A stretch of 63,813 nt of DNA from an uncultured bacterium (GCA_903842085.1 CAIMLA010000004.1:1-63813); one strand, 5' to 3'; numbered from the stretch's first letter, positions 10,040 through 19,795 are shown. Notes: a model not told the origin generated them from the letters alone. Translations and numbers: made by a program.

Positions 10040-10083
10040 TATACTTCCATATATTACTATTTTTCGTAACCTTTAGAAGTATA
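10040..10083. promoter_or_regulatory. 8-bp inverted repeat directly upstream of abiEi (candidate autoregulatory operator)
   Basis: TATACTTC (10040-10047) and GAAGTATA (10076-10083) flank an AT-rich spacer immediately 5' of the abiEi start codon. Confidence 0.3.
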
Positions 10084-10456
10084 TTAGCATATTATTAAGG
10101 GGTGTCAAGTGCCAAATTTTCAAGATACGTGGAAGGTGGCGCCTTTTAATTTTTTATCCTACAACAAACAAGGCCTTCTCTGACGGATGCGTTCTACAAA
10201 AAGAGTACTAGCAGAGCATTGTCTTGATTCGTAACTCCTTTTGTGATGTCTTTTGACCAACTTATAAATGGTTGATATAGATTCCTGCAGTTGCGACAGC
10301 AATCGGTTTATTCAATTTCGCCGCGGTCTACCTTGCTTAATCTTCAGCGACTTTAACCGCCCGAGAATTTGTTGTTACTTGAACATTATGTAATTTATTT
10401 ACATTAACAAAGTTTATTTATATACTTGTCATAGTAAAAAGAAAAGTGAAAATAAA

Positions 10457-11488
10457 ATGTATTGTCAAAAATGCGGGCAAGAAATAATAGCAAATAGTAA
10501 TTTTTGTTCAAAGTGTGGGGCCGAAACCTTACCACAACCTGACCATAAGATAGATAATAGACCCAGGCTCGACTTTATAGGCACGTTAACAAAGTCTTTT
10601 AAATATCCTTGGCGGAATAAGGCTTTGTGGTTTTTTGGGATTTTTATCGCCTTGTTTTCTTTTGGTAGTAGTGGTGGTAGCAATTCTAGCGGAAGTCCTG
10701 ACCCCTTGTCTTCACTTGGATCGTCCGATAGCTATAATAATTTAGTAAACTATTTAGAACAAATAAACATCGTGCTGATTATTACCGTAATCTTGATTAT
10801 TGTTCTAATCGTCTGCGTCCTTTCTTTGATACTAAAAAATTGGGCCCTTTCGGCAATTATTAATGGAACTTTAAAAATTGAAAAAGATAATAAGGTTTCA
10901 ATCAAAGACATCTTTAAGCCAGGCGTCAAAACAGTTTGGCGCTTAATTATCTTGAATTTCTTCATCCCCTTAGCGTTTGCGTTTCTCTTGGTCATCATAT
11001 TGATACTTGGAACTATCCTTTTTTCTTTAATCCCGCAACCAGCCGGTATAATTATTGGTCTTATTGTTGGCTTAATCTTTTTAATCGCCTTAATTCCTCT
11101 TTTTGTTTATTTGTTTGTTGTCTGGATAATGGCAAGTCGTTTTATTGTGGTAAAAAAAGAAGGACCTGTTCTTGCTATCACCTCTGCTAGAAAATTGATT
11201 AAAAATAATTTTTGGATTACTTTTGCCTATTCTTTTGTCTCCGGTCTTGTTGTCGGCTCAGGAAGTTGCCTTGGTATGATTTTCTTGATAGTCACTTTAA
11301 TTTTATTTTTCGTGGCTTTGTTTGCCGGTAATTATATTCTTCTTATCTTCATCGGCCTTTTTGTTTTTATTGCCTTTGTTTTTTATATCATTGTCGTCGG
11401 CTATTTCTGTGCCTTCAAGGAAACAGGCCTGACGCTGTGGTGGAATGATCTAAAGAAGGTTAAGGAATTTGAAAAAAAGGATAATTAA
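10457..11488 (+). CDS. zinc-ribbon N-terminal, polytopic membrane protein
   Basis: 343 aa. CQKCG...CSKCG is followed by at least 6 hydrophobic helices. Confidence 0.75.
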   Translation: MYCQKCGQEIIANSNFCSKCGAETLPQPDHKIDNRPRLDFIGTLTKSFKYPWRNKALWFFGIFIALFSFGSSGGSNSSGSPDPLSSLGSSDSYNNLVNYLEQINIVLIITVILIIVLIVCVLSLILKNWALSAIINGTLKIEKDNKVSIKDIFKPGVKTVWRLIILNFFIPLAFAFLLVIILILGTILFSLIPQPAGIIIGLIVGLIFLIALIPLFVYLFVVWIMASRFIVVKKEGPVLAITSARKLIKNNFWITFAYSFVSGLVVGSGSCLGMIFLIVTLILFFVALFAGNYILLIFIGLFVFIAFVFYIIVVGYFCAFKETGLTLWWNDLKKVKEFEKKDN

Positions 11489-11502
11489 TTTGGGGGGAAA
11501 TA

Positions 11503-12243
11503 ATGTTTTGTTATAATTGCGGAAAAGAACAGCCAGACGTAAATACAATCTGCGATAATTGTGGCGCTAATTTAGCGCCAACAAGCAGTCCTGTAACAAC
11601 CGATGAACCACCTCAGGTAGCAACCGAAAGTGAAAAAGCCGAGATCTCACAAACGGCCCCAGAATCGAACCAACAAAATAATCAAGCGACTAATAATGGT
11701 AAAAGCTGGAAACAAATCACAGCCTTGGTTTTGGGGATTGTTAGTATTTTTTTCTTTTTTGTGCCCTTCATTGGACCTGTTGTCGCTCTGGTCGGTTTGA
11801 TTATTGGCATCCTGGGGCTTAGAACTTCTCGAAAGACAATGCCCATTATCGGTCTTGTCCTTTCTTCAATCTCGCTCTTGTTATCACTATTAATCACCTT
11901 TACCCTAACCCTTGGTTTTATAGAAGGGTTTAGTAATGCTGAGACTTATTCAAGGGAAAGGGCCAATGATGCCAGTAAAAAAGCAACCATTCACGAAATT
12001 CAGAATGCTTTAGAGCAATATTACGTCGATAATAACGCTTATCCACCGGCCCTAGCCAATTTAAAGGCGACAACGCCTCCTTTATTAGGAACAAGCGTTA
12101 GTACCTCTAATTATCGGTATCTCCCCGCTAATCGTGATAAAACCTACACTCTCAGCTTTACCCTAGAAAACCAAGATGATCCTGGAGATAATGTCTCTGG
12201 TACAGCTCCAGATCGATCCTATCAAGTCACAAATAAACAATAA
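11503..12243 (+). CDS. zinc-ribbon / TM / pilin-like globular domain fusion protein
   Basis: 246 aa. CYNCG...CDNCG is followed by a Q/N-rich linker and TM helices. The C-terminal KKATIHEIQNALEQYYVDNNAYPPAL resembles the head domain of type IV pilins and GspG pseudopilins. Confidence 0.75.
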   Translation: MFCYNCGKEQPDVNTICDNCGANLAPTSSPVTTDEPPQVATESEKAEISQTAPESNQQNNQATNNGKSWKQITALVLGIVSIFFFFVPFIGPVVALVGLIIGILGLRTSRKTMPIIGLVLSSISLLLSLLITFTLTLGFIEGFSNAETYSRERANDASKKATIHEIQNALEQYYVDNNAYPPALANLKATTPPLLGTSVSTSNYRYLPANRDKTYTLSFTLENQDDPGDNVSGTAPDRSYQVTNKQ

Positions 12244-12247
12244 TTAT

Positions 12248-12607
12248 ATGTATTGCTCTAATTGCGGCTTACAAAACGAAGATAATGCTTATAAATGTGT
12301 TAAGTGTCAGGCCCTACTCCACCCAGAAGCGAGTCAAAAGACCGCTTCAGTTCCTGACAACAATGCTGAGGCTTTAAAATATATTATTCCGATTGGACGG
12401 TCTGGGATAGCGATTGCGGCTGGCTATATAGGGCTTTTTTCAATTTTACTAATACCGGCCCCAATCTCTTTTGTTTTCGGTTTATGGGCTTTGTCTGATC
12501 TTAAAAAACATCCAGAAAAAATTGGCAAAGGGCGAGCTTATTTTGCCATTATTATGGGCATTATCTTTTCCATCATCTGGGTAATATATTATTTCTCTGA
12601 ATCTTAG
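12248..12607 (+). CDS. zinc-ribbon small membrane protein (DUF4190-like)
   Basis: Start trimmed from 12176 to the ATG at 12248 (MYCSNCG...CVKCQ), 4 nt after the upstream stop. It has two TM helices. Confidence 0.7.
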   Translation: MYCSNCGLQNEDNAYKCVKCQALLHPEASQKTASVPDNNAEALKYIIPIGRSGIAIAAGYIGLFSILLIPAPISFVFGLWALSDLKKHPEKIGKGRAYFAIIMGIIFSIIWVIYYFSES

Positions 12608-12689
12608 AGGTGTCGCTTTGTTTGACTTTTTCTGATTCCGGTTCTCGCGGGACACCAATAAAAAGTCAATTTGAGGGAGTGACGAAAAA

Positions 12690-13016
12690 TTAGCGATTTA
12701 GCCGGGCGGCAATTGCAAAATGCATAAAGTATTTATCGATTGAAGCTAAATCTGAATGATAGGCTGTCTTTGTGGCGAGAGAATCAACTAAAACTTCGCG
12801 AGCTCGTATAATTTCTTTGAGTTGATGTTTTCGGCGATCGTCACTGATGGTCAAGTCAAAAAGCTCTAAACTTCTCTCTAGGGCGTTATTCATCGCCACT
12901 TGATCGTTTTGTTTCCGAGCACGAATAATGCGACCCACTTCGGTCCCGATGTTCCCCATTTGCTCATTGAGAGTGAACTTAAACCAGCGGCCATTTTCCA
13001 AACTTGAATGCTGCAT
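12690..13016 (-). CDS. hypothetical helical protein, 108 aa
   Basis: ORF abuts the upstream gene (TAA-ATG with no gap). No family assigned. Confidence 0.55.
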   Translation of the reverse strand: MQHSSLENGRWFKFTLNEQMGNIGTEVGRIIRARKQNDQVAMNNALERSLELFDLTISDDRRKHQLKEIIRAREVLVDSLATKTAYHSDLASIDKYFMHFAIAARLNR

Positions 13017-13391
13017 TTAAAGCACCAACTTATTTATGATTACGCCAATTTTCTTTCGCGTTTCGGCGTCTTCAACGTTTCTTGAGCGGTTATTCTGAGA
13101 GGGACGAAGATTGATCATAGAGTCAAACTCAAGGGTGTTTTCGGCCTCCTTGTCTAAATAGTAGTTAATTCCCCAAAGATTATTCTGGATTGAGCCAGCT
13201 TCGATAAGGACAGCTTCCTCGTCCGCATGAAGATCACCACCAATGGCGATAATTTCTTTTTCGACATCGACGACAAATTTAACCATCTCCCCAAATTGGT
13301 GTTTGGCAATATCTTGAAGATCTGAAACCTTTATTGGCTGGTCGATAATCTGGATTTCCATCACCACGATTTTAACATATTTTAAATTCAT
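13017..13391 (-). CDS. hypothetical protein, 124 aa
   Basis: ORF with GAAGG 7 nt upstream of the ATG. That RBS lies within hairpin 13395-13416. Confidence 0.55.
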   Translation of the reverse strand: MNLKYVKIVVMEIQIIDQPIKVSDLQDIAKHQFGEMVKFVVDVEKEIIAIGGDLHADEEAVLIEAGSIQNNLWGINYYLDKEAENTLEFDSMINLRPSQNNRSRNVEDAETRKKIGVIINKLVL

Positions 13392-13523
13392 TCGAAAGCC
13401 TTCAAGGTAAGGCTTTAATCAAATAAGGGCTTCGCCGATTTGAGAGGGCAGTTGATGATCTAGGTCGCAAAAAAACCTTCTAGGTTACAATCACCCAAGA
13501 TCGAGTTTTTTAGAAGAAGAAGC

Positions 13524-14267
13524 CTACTTTGCGCTTAGATCCTTATAGATTAAGTACGTATAAATGATGCCATAAAAGACGAGGATAAAGTTAGCGACCG
13601 TTAGAATCACCGTCTGAAGGGCTTGAGCGATAAAAAAACTAGGAGTGACAGATTGAATCGAAGAGATCACGACCGAGATCAAGCCGAGTAAGAAGAGTCG
13701 GCCAAGAACAGGCCAAAAGTAACCCTTGATTAGCTCTTTACTTCTCCCCAAAGCGCCCAAATTATGCTTCTCCTCTAGGACAAAGATTGGGGTGACTAAA
13801 CATAGAATGATGCCGATGATAATGCCGGGGATGATTAAAAAGATATAGCCCAAAATGATCAAAAAGCCCGCAATAAAGGTGACCCACAAAAATGAACCAA
13901 AGTGTTTAAAGCCATATTTGAGCGAATCAGCAATCCCACCCTTGTCCTTAAGACAAACATTGTAGACGATTTTAGCAGAAGCCAGATTGACCGCGACCGC
14001 GAAGATAATGACGGGGATCAAGGCAAGGATGACCCCAATCGTAATGCCCAGAGCGCCTTTAATTAACAAAAACGGGATAAAAAACAATAAGACGGCACCG
14101 ATTCCGACTCCGATGAAGACGGCGATACTGATCAAAAAAATCAACAAAAATTTGACCCAGCCTTCGACAAAAATAGCCCATGAATCGGTAAAAAGAGCGC
14201 CAATTGGTCGTAATTTTTGACTTTTAGTCCCGGCGGCGGCCACCACTGATTTCTTTGTTTCTTCCAT
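13524..14267 (-). CDS. polytopic membrane protein, unknown function
   Basis: 247 aa with about 6 hydrophobic helices. Confidence 0.65.
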   Translation of the reverse strand: MEETKKSVVAAAGTKSQKLRPIGALFTDSWAIFVEGWVKFLLIFLISIAVFIGVGIGAVLLFFIPFLLIKGALGITIGVILALIPVIIFAVAVNLASAKIVYNVCLKDKGGIADSLKYGFKHFGSFLWVTFIAGFLIILGYIFLIIPGIIIGIILCLVTPIFVLEEKHNLGALGRSKELIKGYFWPVLGRLFLLGLISVVISSIQSVTPSFFIAQALQTVILTVANFILVFYGIIYTYLIYKDLSAK

Positions 14268-14291
14268 GTCTTCCTTTCACTTAAAATTTAT

Positions 14292-15581
14292 TTAAATTTT
14301 CTTAGCTAAATCTTTTTCAATTTCAATCAAGCGATTATATTTACTCGTTCTCTCCCCTCTTGCCGGTGCGCCTGATTTTATTTGTCCAGCCTTGGTCGCG
14401 ACCACTAGGTCAGCGATAAAACTGTCAGCGGTTTCCCCGCTTCGATGCGAGACCATGACTCGATAGCCATTTTTGACCGCGAGGTTAATGGCGTCAAAGG
14501 TCTCGGTTAAGGTTCCGATTTGATTCATTTTGATTAAAACCGAATTGGCTGCCTTAAACTCTAGCCCTTTTTGAATTCTCTCAACATTGGTCACAAATAA
14601 GTCATCACCGATAATTTGGACCTTTGAGCCGAGCTTTTCGGTCATCATCTGCCAACCGGCCCAATCTTCTTCGGCCAAACCATCCTCAATTGAGATAATT
14701 TGATACTCCGCGATTAACTCTTTATATAAATTAACGAGTTGACCGGCCGTTAGTCCAATATTTTCTGAAGCCAGGATATACTTTTGATCTTTATTTGGTT
14801 CGTAGATTTCCGTCGCCGCCACATCGAGCGCGATCGCGACCTCTTTCCCAAGCTTGTAGCCGGCTTGTTCAATCGCTTCTGCCACCAAGTCTAGGGCCTT
14901 AGTATTTGACTCAAGGTCTGGAGCAAAGCCACCCTCATCACCTAGCCCCGTGGCCAGATGACGCCGATTTATTATCCCTTTTAAAGTATGGTAGACCTCG
15001 CTGGCGATTTGGATATTTAATGAAACACTCTCTTTTTGAGGGACAATCATCGTTTCTTGGATGTCGAGGTTATTTTCGGCATGTTTGCCCCCATTTAGAA
15101 TATTAAAAAACATTTTAGGAAGTTGACACTTTGTCTGATCAAAGCGATAAGCGCTTTGATATTGACCCTGATGGTCAAAAAGAAGGTTCAAATATTGGTA
15201 GAGCGGCAGTTTAAGGGCCGTCGCCGTCGCGCGTGAGACTGCCCCTGAGACCCCTAAGATTGCATTGGCCCCGAGTTTTGATTTATTACTCGTTCCATCA
15301 AGAGCGATCATCTTATCATCGAGGGCCTTCTGGTTTGTTGGGTCCAGGCCGAGTAAAACCGGTTTGATGATCGTTTCAATATTAGTAATGGCTTTTTCAA
15401 CCCCTTGACCAAGAAAGGCCTTCTGGTGATCTCGAAGTTCTAGCGCCTCAAAAGTACCCGTTGAAGCCCCACTCGGGACACTAAAATCGCCGACGACCTG
15501 ATCGAGGTAAACGACCGCTTTAATCGTCGGGTTCCCCCTGGAATCGAGGATTTGAGTTGCTTGAATATCCGTTATTTTCAT
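14292..15581 (-). CDS. eno: enolase
   Basis: 429 aa with SHRSGETAD and IKMNQIGTLTE. Full-length enolase. Confidence 0.95.
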   Translation of the reverse strand: MKITDIQATQILDSRGNPTIKAVVYLDQVVGDFSVPSGASTGTFEALELRDHQKAFLGQGVEKAITNIETIIKPVLLGLDPTNQKALDDKMIALDGTSNKSKLGANAILGVSGAVSRATATALKLPLYQYLNLLFDHQGQYQSAYRFDQTKCQLPKMFFNILNGGKHAENNLDIQETMIVPQKESVSLNIQIASEVYHTLKGIINRRHLATGLGDEGGFAPDLESNTKALDLVAEAIEQAGYKLGKEVAIALDVAATEIYEPNKDQKYILASENIGLTAGQLVNLYKELIAEYQIISIEDGLAEEDWAGWQMMTEKLGSKVQIIGDDLFVTNVERIQKGLEFKAANSVLIKMNQIGTLTETFDAINLAVKNGYRVMVSHRSGETADSFIADLVVATKAGQIKSGAPARGERTSKYNRLIEIEKDLAKKI

Positions 15582-15582
15582 T

Positions 15583-16284
15583 TTAGATATTGACGAAAAA
15601 TCCGACTAATAAGCCAATAATTAAGAAGGCCAAGCCTCCACCACAGATCGCCAAAATAATGATCAACTTTTTCTTTTTACTTAAGCCTTCATCGTCTGTG
15701 ACAGGGGCATTGATGGTCTGATTTGGAGTTGGTGGAAGAGCGGCGGGTTGAACAATATTTGTGTTCGGGTTTGGGTTGCTCTCAGGCGTTGCCAGATTAG
15801 CTTCGACCGGTGGCGTCATCATCGGAGCGGTGGCTGAGGCCATATTTAAGGGCTCTAGGTCAGGAGTAACCGGGGCGGCCACTGGTTGAATTGGCTCGGC
15901 CTCTTTCGGTTCAGCTTCAAGAGGCTCTGGATTAGTCGAAAGGGTCGGTGCTTCTGGCTGGACGGTCCATTTATCGCCGCTACCGCTTCCTTCTGGCTGT
16001 GGCAAGATCGGTTCTGGGTTTGTTGGCTCGGGCTCATTCTCGATCGGCTCGGGATCAACTTTTGATAAATCGGATGCTACTGGAAGCTCTGGTGGGACTG
16101 AATCAGGGGCTGGTATTGGAGGTGTCATGACCTCGGCGGTTGACGGCTCTGGAGTCTGTTGATTTTGATCAAGGGCCACTGGTCCATTGGTCGCCTGATC
16201 TTCAGGAACCTCAATCCCACACTTGGCACAAACATATTTCCCGTTTACGTTTAGAAGTTCTTCACCACATTTTGGACAATTCAT
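15583..16284 (-). CDS. zinc-ribbon, Pro-rich, C-terminally TM-anchored protein
   Basis: 233 aa. CPKCG...CAKCG is followed by a P/E-rich region and a C-terminal TM helix. Confidence 0.7.
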   Translation of the reverse strand: MNCPKCGEELLNVNGKYVCAKCGIEVPEDQATNGPVALDQNQQTPEPSTAEVMTPPIPAPDSVPPELPVASDLSKVDPEPIENEPEPTNPEPILPQPEGSGSGDKWTVQPEAPTLSTNPEPLEAEPKEAEPIQPVAAPVTPDLEPLNMASATAPMMTPPVEANLATPESNPNPNTNIVQPAALPPTPNQTINAPVTDDEGLSKKKKLIIILAICGGGLAFLIIGLLVGFFVNI

Positions 16285-16322
16285 ATCTTCTCCATCTTTT
16301 AACTAAAGTATAACCTAATTTT

Positions 16323-17381
16323 CTATTTATTTAATGTTTTTTTCATTAACTGCTGTAAATTATAGGCTTCGCCTGAACATTTTAGCTCAGGCTGGGTCGA
16401 ACTAGCCTCGACGGTCGTGAAGGGCTGACCCTTGGTGAAGCCAAAGAATTCTTGAAAAACCCCGTCCTGGCTGTTTTCAAGGCCACAGGTTAAACTTTGG
16501 CCTTTGTAGTCAAATTGTTTCAGATTCGCGAGCGGGGTCGGCGTGGTCAGGTAAGTCACCTTGACGGAACAAAGATTATTGTCGAGCCCCATGATTTGAT
16601 ATTCGACCAAGGTCTCTGGGGTTGGTTTTGAAGTCGAGGTGGTCGCCTCAGGGCCATAGCTAGCATAGTTGACCTTTGCCGGCTGACATTTCAGAAAGTT
16701 TTCCTTAAGACAAGCTTGATTTTTCCCGGTTGGGTCTGAGATTTGGCTATTTGGGCCAATCTCATCACAATTAACGACTTCCCCTTGGGTGAATTGACCG
16801 GAGGGTTGGTCCCCAATCATGGTCGCTTTAGTCAAGCTGCTGTAGGCGATAAAACCAATGATTAAAGTGGCCACAATCAAAATAACAATGACCGCCATCA
16901 CAATTAACAACATAAGATTAGTGTTTGGCTTAGCCTCACGATCAGCTTGAGCTGCCCCTGTAGGCATAAAAGGCGCTGGGGTCGAGGCCAGTCCAGCCTT
17001 TACCCCTGGGTCATTTTGACTTAGTACCGCCACTGGTGGCACAACCGGTGAGGCTGGAGTTGGGTTAGAAAAAGGCGTTGGGACTGGATTGACCGGCGGA
17101 GATTGAACCAAGGTTGGACTAGGAGTGACCATAACCGGTGGGGCAGGCGGGACTTGATTCAAGTTTTCCGGAGTCGGAGCTAAGGGCTGAGCACCGAGCA
17201 CTATCTGAGGACTCGGCGAAAACTCAGGCGGAGTGGCCGGCGGCTGGGGCGGGTTAATTGGCGAGGGCTCTGCCTCTTGATCGGCGGCTAGATTAGCCGC
17301 TTCTTTCCCATAGCCACAGTTTTGGCAAACCAGTTGGCCATTTTCAGTTATTAACTCATGTCCACACTTTGGACAGGTCAT
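16323..17381 (-). CDS. zinc-ribbon, Pro-rich, single-pass membrane protein with Cys-containing ectodomain
   Basis: 352 aa. CPKCG...CQNCG is followed by a P-rich linker, the TM helix LMLLIVMAVIVILIVATLIIGFIAY, and a C-terminal domain of about 170 aa. Confidence 0.7.
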   Translation of the reverse strand: MTCPKCGHELITENGQLVCQNCGYGKEAANLAADQEAEPSPINPPQPPATPPEFSPSPQIVLGAQPLAPTPENLNQVPPAPPVMVTPSPTLVQSPPVNPVPTPFSNPTPASPVVPPVAVLSQNDPGVKAGLASTPAPFMPTGAAQADREAKPNTNLMLLIVMAVIVILIVATLIIGFIAYSSLTKATMIGDQPSGQFTQGEVVNCDEIGPNSQISDPTGKNQACLKENFLKCQPAKVNYASYGPEATTSTSKPTPETLVEYQIMGLDNNLCSVKVTYLTTPTPLANLKQFDYKGQSLTCGLENSQDGVFQEFFGFTKGQPFTTVEASSTQPELKCSGEAYNLQQLMKKTLNK

Positions 17382-17390
17382 GGCTTATGC

Positions 17391-19778
17391 CTAATTGTCA
17401 TGATTAACCTTTTCCTCTAAATTATGGATTTCTGCTTTCATTTTAGATAGCTCTGAGAGCATAATTCTTTCTTCGGCCGCTGCGACAAGCTGGCGCGTCG
17501 AATCAACGACATCCGGATTAACTGAGATCGAGGTGGCGCCATATTCAACCATCTTTTGGGCCACTTCAGGATAAACACTCGGAGCTTGACCACAGATTGA
17601 GCAGGTCACCCCATGGTCACGACAAACTTCACAAGTTCTTTGAATCATCCATTGAACGGCGTTATAGCGTTCATCAAATTCTTCAGCGACTGAACTTGAG
17701 TCACGATCAAGGCCCAAGGTTAACTGACAGAGATCATTTGAACCGATCGAAACGCCATCGATCCCCATCTCACAAAATTTGTCTATTTCGATCACGGCCG
17801 AGGGGACCTCAACCATAATCCACAACTTAAAGTCAGGATCGTTCACCTTGTTTAGCCCAGCATCTTCGACAATCTTTTTGACTTTGGCAAACTCGTCAGT
17901 CCGACGGACAAAGGGGATCATTAACATTAAATTATTGTAATTGGCTCGAACCCTTTTGATCGCTTCAAGTTCTAAACTAAATTCTTCAGGATCCTTAAGA
18001 TATCTAAAGCAGCCTCGATAACCAATCATCGGGTTATCTTCTTCTGGTTCAAACTCTTCTCCCCCTTTTAAGCCTCGGTATTCATTTGTTTTAAAGTCGG
18101 TCGCTCGATAGATGACGGGGCGAGGATGAAAGGCCCGAGCAAAGGTTTCTAAACCTTCGGCTAATTTAGTAATATATTCTTCCTGGCGCTTTTCTTTGAT
18201 CATTTTCTTGGGATGCTCGCCAATGGTTTCCATAATGATAAATTCAGCTCTTAAAAGACCAAGTCCATCGACATTCATGGCGGCCACCTTTTCCGCTAAC
18301 TCTGGTTCACCTAAATTGACGTATATTTTGGTCGCTGTAACTGGGGCGGCGGCAACCGCGGTCGCGCCCTGCTCTTGACTGGAATCGACTTTGGGTGATT
18401 CGATCTGGCCTTCATAAACAAAACCATTTTTACCATCGACAGTAATAACTTGCCCATTTTTGAGGGTTGTGGTCGCACCTTCTGTGCCAACCACACACGG
18501 AATACCGAGCTCACGAGAAACAATGGCGGCGTGACAAGTCCGGCCCCCAGCGTCAGTGACAATGGCGGCCGCTCTTTTCATGGCCGGCACATAATCTGGT
18601 GTCGTCATCTCTGTCACTAAAACGTCCCCGGCTAATATTTTATCAATCTCACTTGGGCTATGGATGATTTTAACGGGTCCATAAGCCATGCCAGTACTGG
18701 CCGCTTGTCCTTTTAAGATCATTTTTTTCTCACTTTTAATTTCTGGGGCTGTGGCAGGCTCGGCCTTATTGACGGCTGAATCTCCTAAGGTCGTGACCGG
18801 TCGACTCTGAACCATATAGATTTTACCTTGATCAATCGTCCACTCGGTATCCTGAGAAGAACCATAATGAGCTTCAATATTTAGGCCAATTTTGGCGAGC
18901 GCGATGATTTGTTCATCTGTAATTTTTTGTTTATCTTGAAGCTCTGGCTCGACCGGCAGACTGGCCTTTTTGAGATCAGTTAAATCATCGGTGTCACTCG
19001 ATCCAGACTCTCGAGTCAGCTTCCAGCTTTGTTTAAAGATCTCTTTACTGGTAATCTCTAATGTTTTCTTGTCAACTAAGTAGCGATCTGGGGTAACCGC
19101 CCCCAAAACAACCACTTCGCCAAGTCCATAGGCGGCCTCAATCGAAAGATGCTCCAGATCGTTGTTACTTGGGTCCATCGTAAACATGACCCCAGCGGCT
19201 TGAGAATCAACCATCTTCTGGATCGGAACAGCAATCCCGACTTCGAGTTGATCAAAGCCTTGCTCGGCTCGATAATAGATCGCCCTCGCCTCAAAGAGGG
19301 AGGCCCAACATTTTCGAACGGCCGTTAAAATTTCTTCTTTGCCGATCACATTTAGGTAGGTCGCTTGTTGGCCCGCGAAAGAAGCGCCGGCTAAATCTTC
19401 AGCGGTGGCACTGGAACGAACGGCGACATATAAATCTGCGACCTTGGTGTTACTCTCTTCAGCTAGCTTTTCATAAGAATCTATAATCGACTGTCGAAGT
19501 TCATCCGGAAGCGGCGTTTCGACAATCACCTGCTGGATTTTCTGAGCCCGGCTTTGGAGATCCTTGGAATCTTCTTTGTCAAAACCGTCAATCATCGTTC
19601 TAATTTTTTCTTCTAAGCCAGTTTTTTTGATATGATCAAAATAGGCTTCACTGGTCACAATAAATCCTGGTGGGACGGGTAAGCCAGCTCGAGTCAATTC
19701 CCCTAAATTGGCCCCTTTCCCCCCGACTAAGGCGCCATCACCTTTTCCGACTTCTTTAAACCAAACTATATTTTTCAT
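17391..19778 (-). CDS. ppsA: phosphoenolpyruvate synthase (pyruvate, water dikinase)
   Basis: 795 aa with N-terminal VGGKGANLGEL, phospho-His motif GGRTCHAAIVSRELGIP and C-terminal GSNDLCQLTLGLDRDS. Confidence 0.9.
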   Translation of the reverse strand: MKNIVWFKEVGKGDGALVGGKGANLGELTRAGLPVPPGFIVTSEAYFDHIKKTGLEEKIRTMIDGFDKEDSKDLQSRAQKIQQVIVETPLPDELRQSIIDSYEKLAEESNTKVADLYVAVRSSATAEDLAGASFAGQQATYLNVIGKEEILTAVRKCWASLFEARAIYYRAEQGFDQLEVGIAVPIQKMVDSQAAGVMFTMDPSNNDLEHLSIEAAYGLGEVVVLGAVTPDRYLVDKKTLEITSKEIFKQSWKLTRESGSSDTDDLTDLKKASLPVEPELQDKQKITDEQIIALAKIGLNIEAHYGSSQDTEWTIDQGKIYMVQSRPVTTLGDSAVNKAEPATAPEIKSEKKMILKGQAASTGMAYGPVKIIHSPSEIDKILAGDVLVTEMTTPDYVPAMKRAAAIVTDAGGRTCHAAIVSRELGIPCVVGTEGATTTLKNGQVITVDGKNGFVYEGQIESPKVDSSQEQGATAVAAAPVTATKIYVNLGEPELAEKVAAMNVDGLGLLRAEFIIMETIGEHPKKMIKEKRQEEYITKLAEGLETFARAFHPRPVIYRATDFKTNEYRGLKGGEEFEPEEDNPMIGYRGCFRYLKDPEEFSLELEAIKRVRANYNNLMLMIPFVRRTDEFAKVKKIVEDAGLNKVNDPDFKLWIMVEVPSAVIEIDKFCEMGIDGVSIGSNDLCQLTLGLDRDSSSVAEEFDERYNAVQWMIQRTCEVCRDHGVTCSICGQAPSVYPEVAQKMVEYGATSISVNPDVVDSTRQLVAAAEERIMLSELSKMKAEIHNLEEKVNHDN

Positions 19779-19795
19779 ACTGCCCTCCTCTTGCT

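Noticed and set aside
12176-12247. N-terminal extension of the third zinc-ribbon ORF, overlapping the previous gene.
   Set aside because: The extension overlaps 11503-12243 by 68 nt. The paralogs all begin M-x-C-x-x-C-G, and an ATG giving MYCSNCG lies at 12248.
17597-19294. Several 60-83-aa ORFs on both strands inside ppsA. Similar nested ORFs occur inside gap, pgk, lysS, the Clp-like gene and the ABC-F genes.
   Set aside because: All are nested within long ORFs that carry strong family signatures. They have no independent support.
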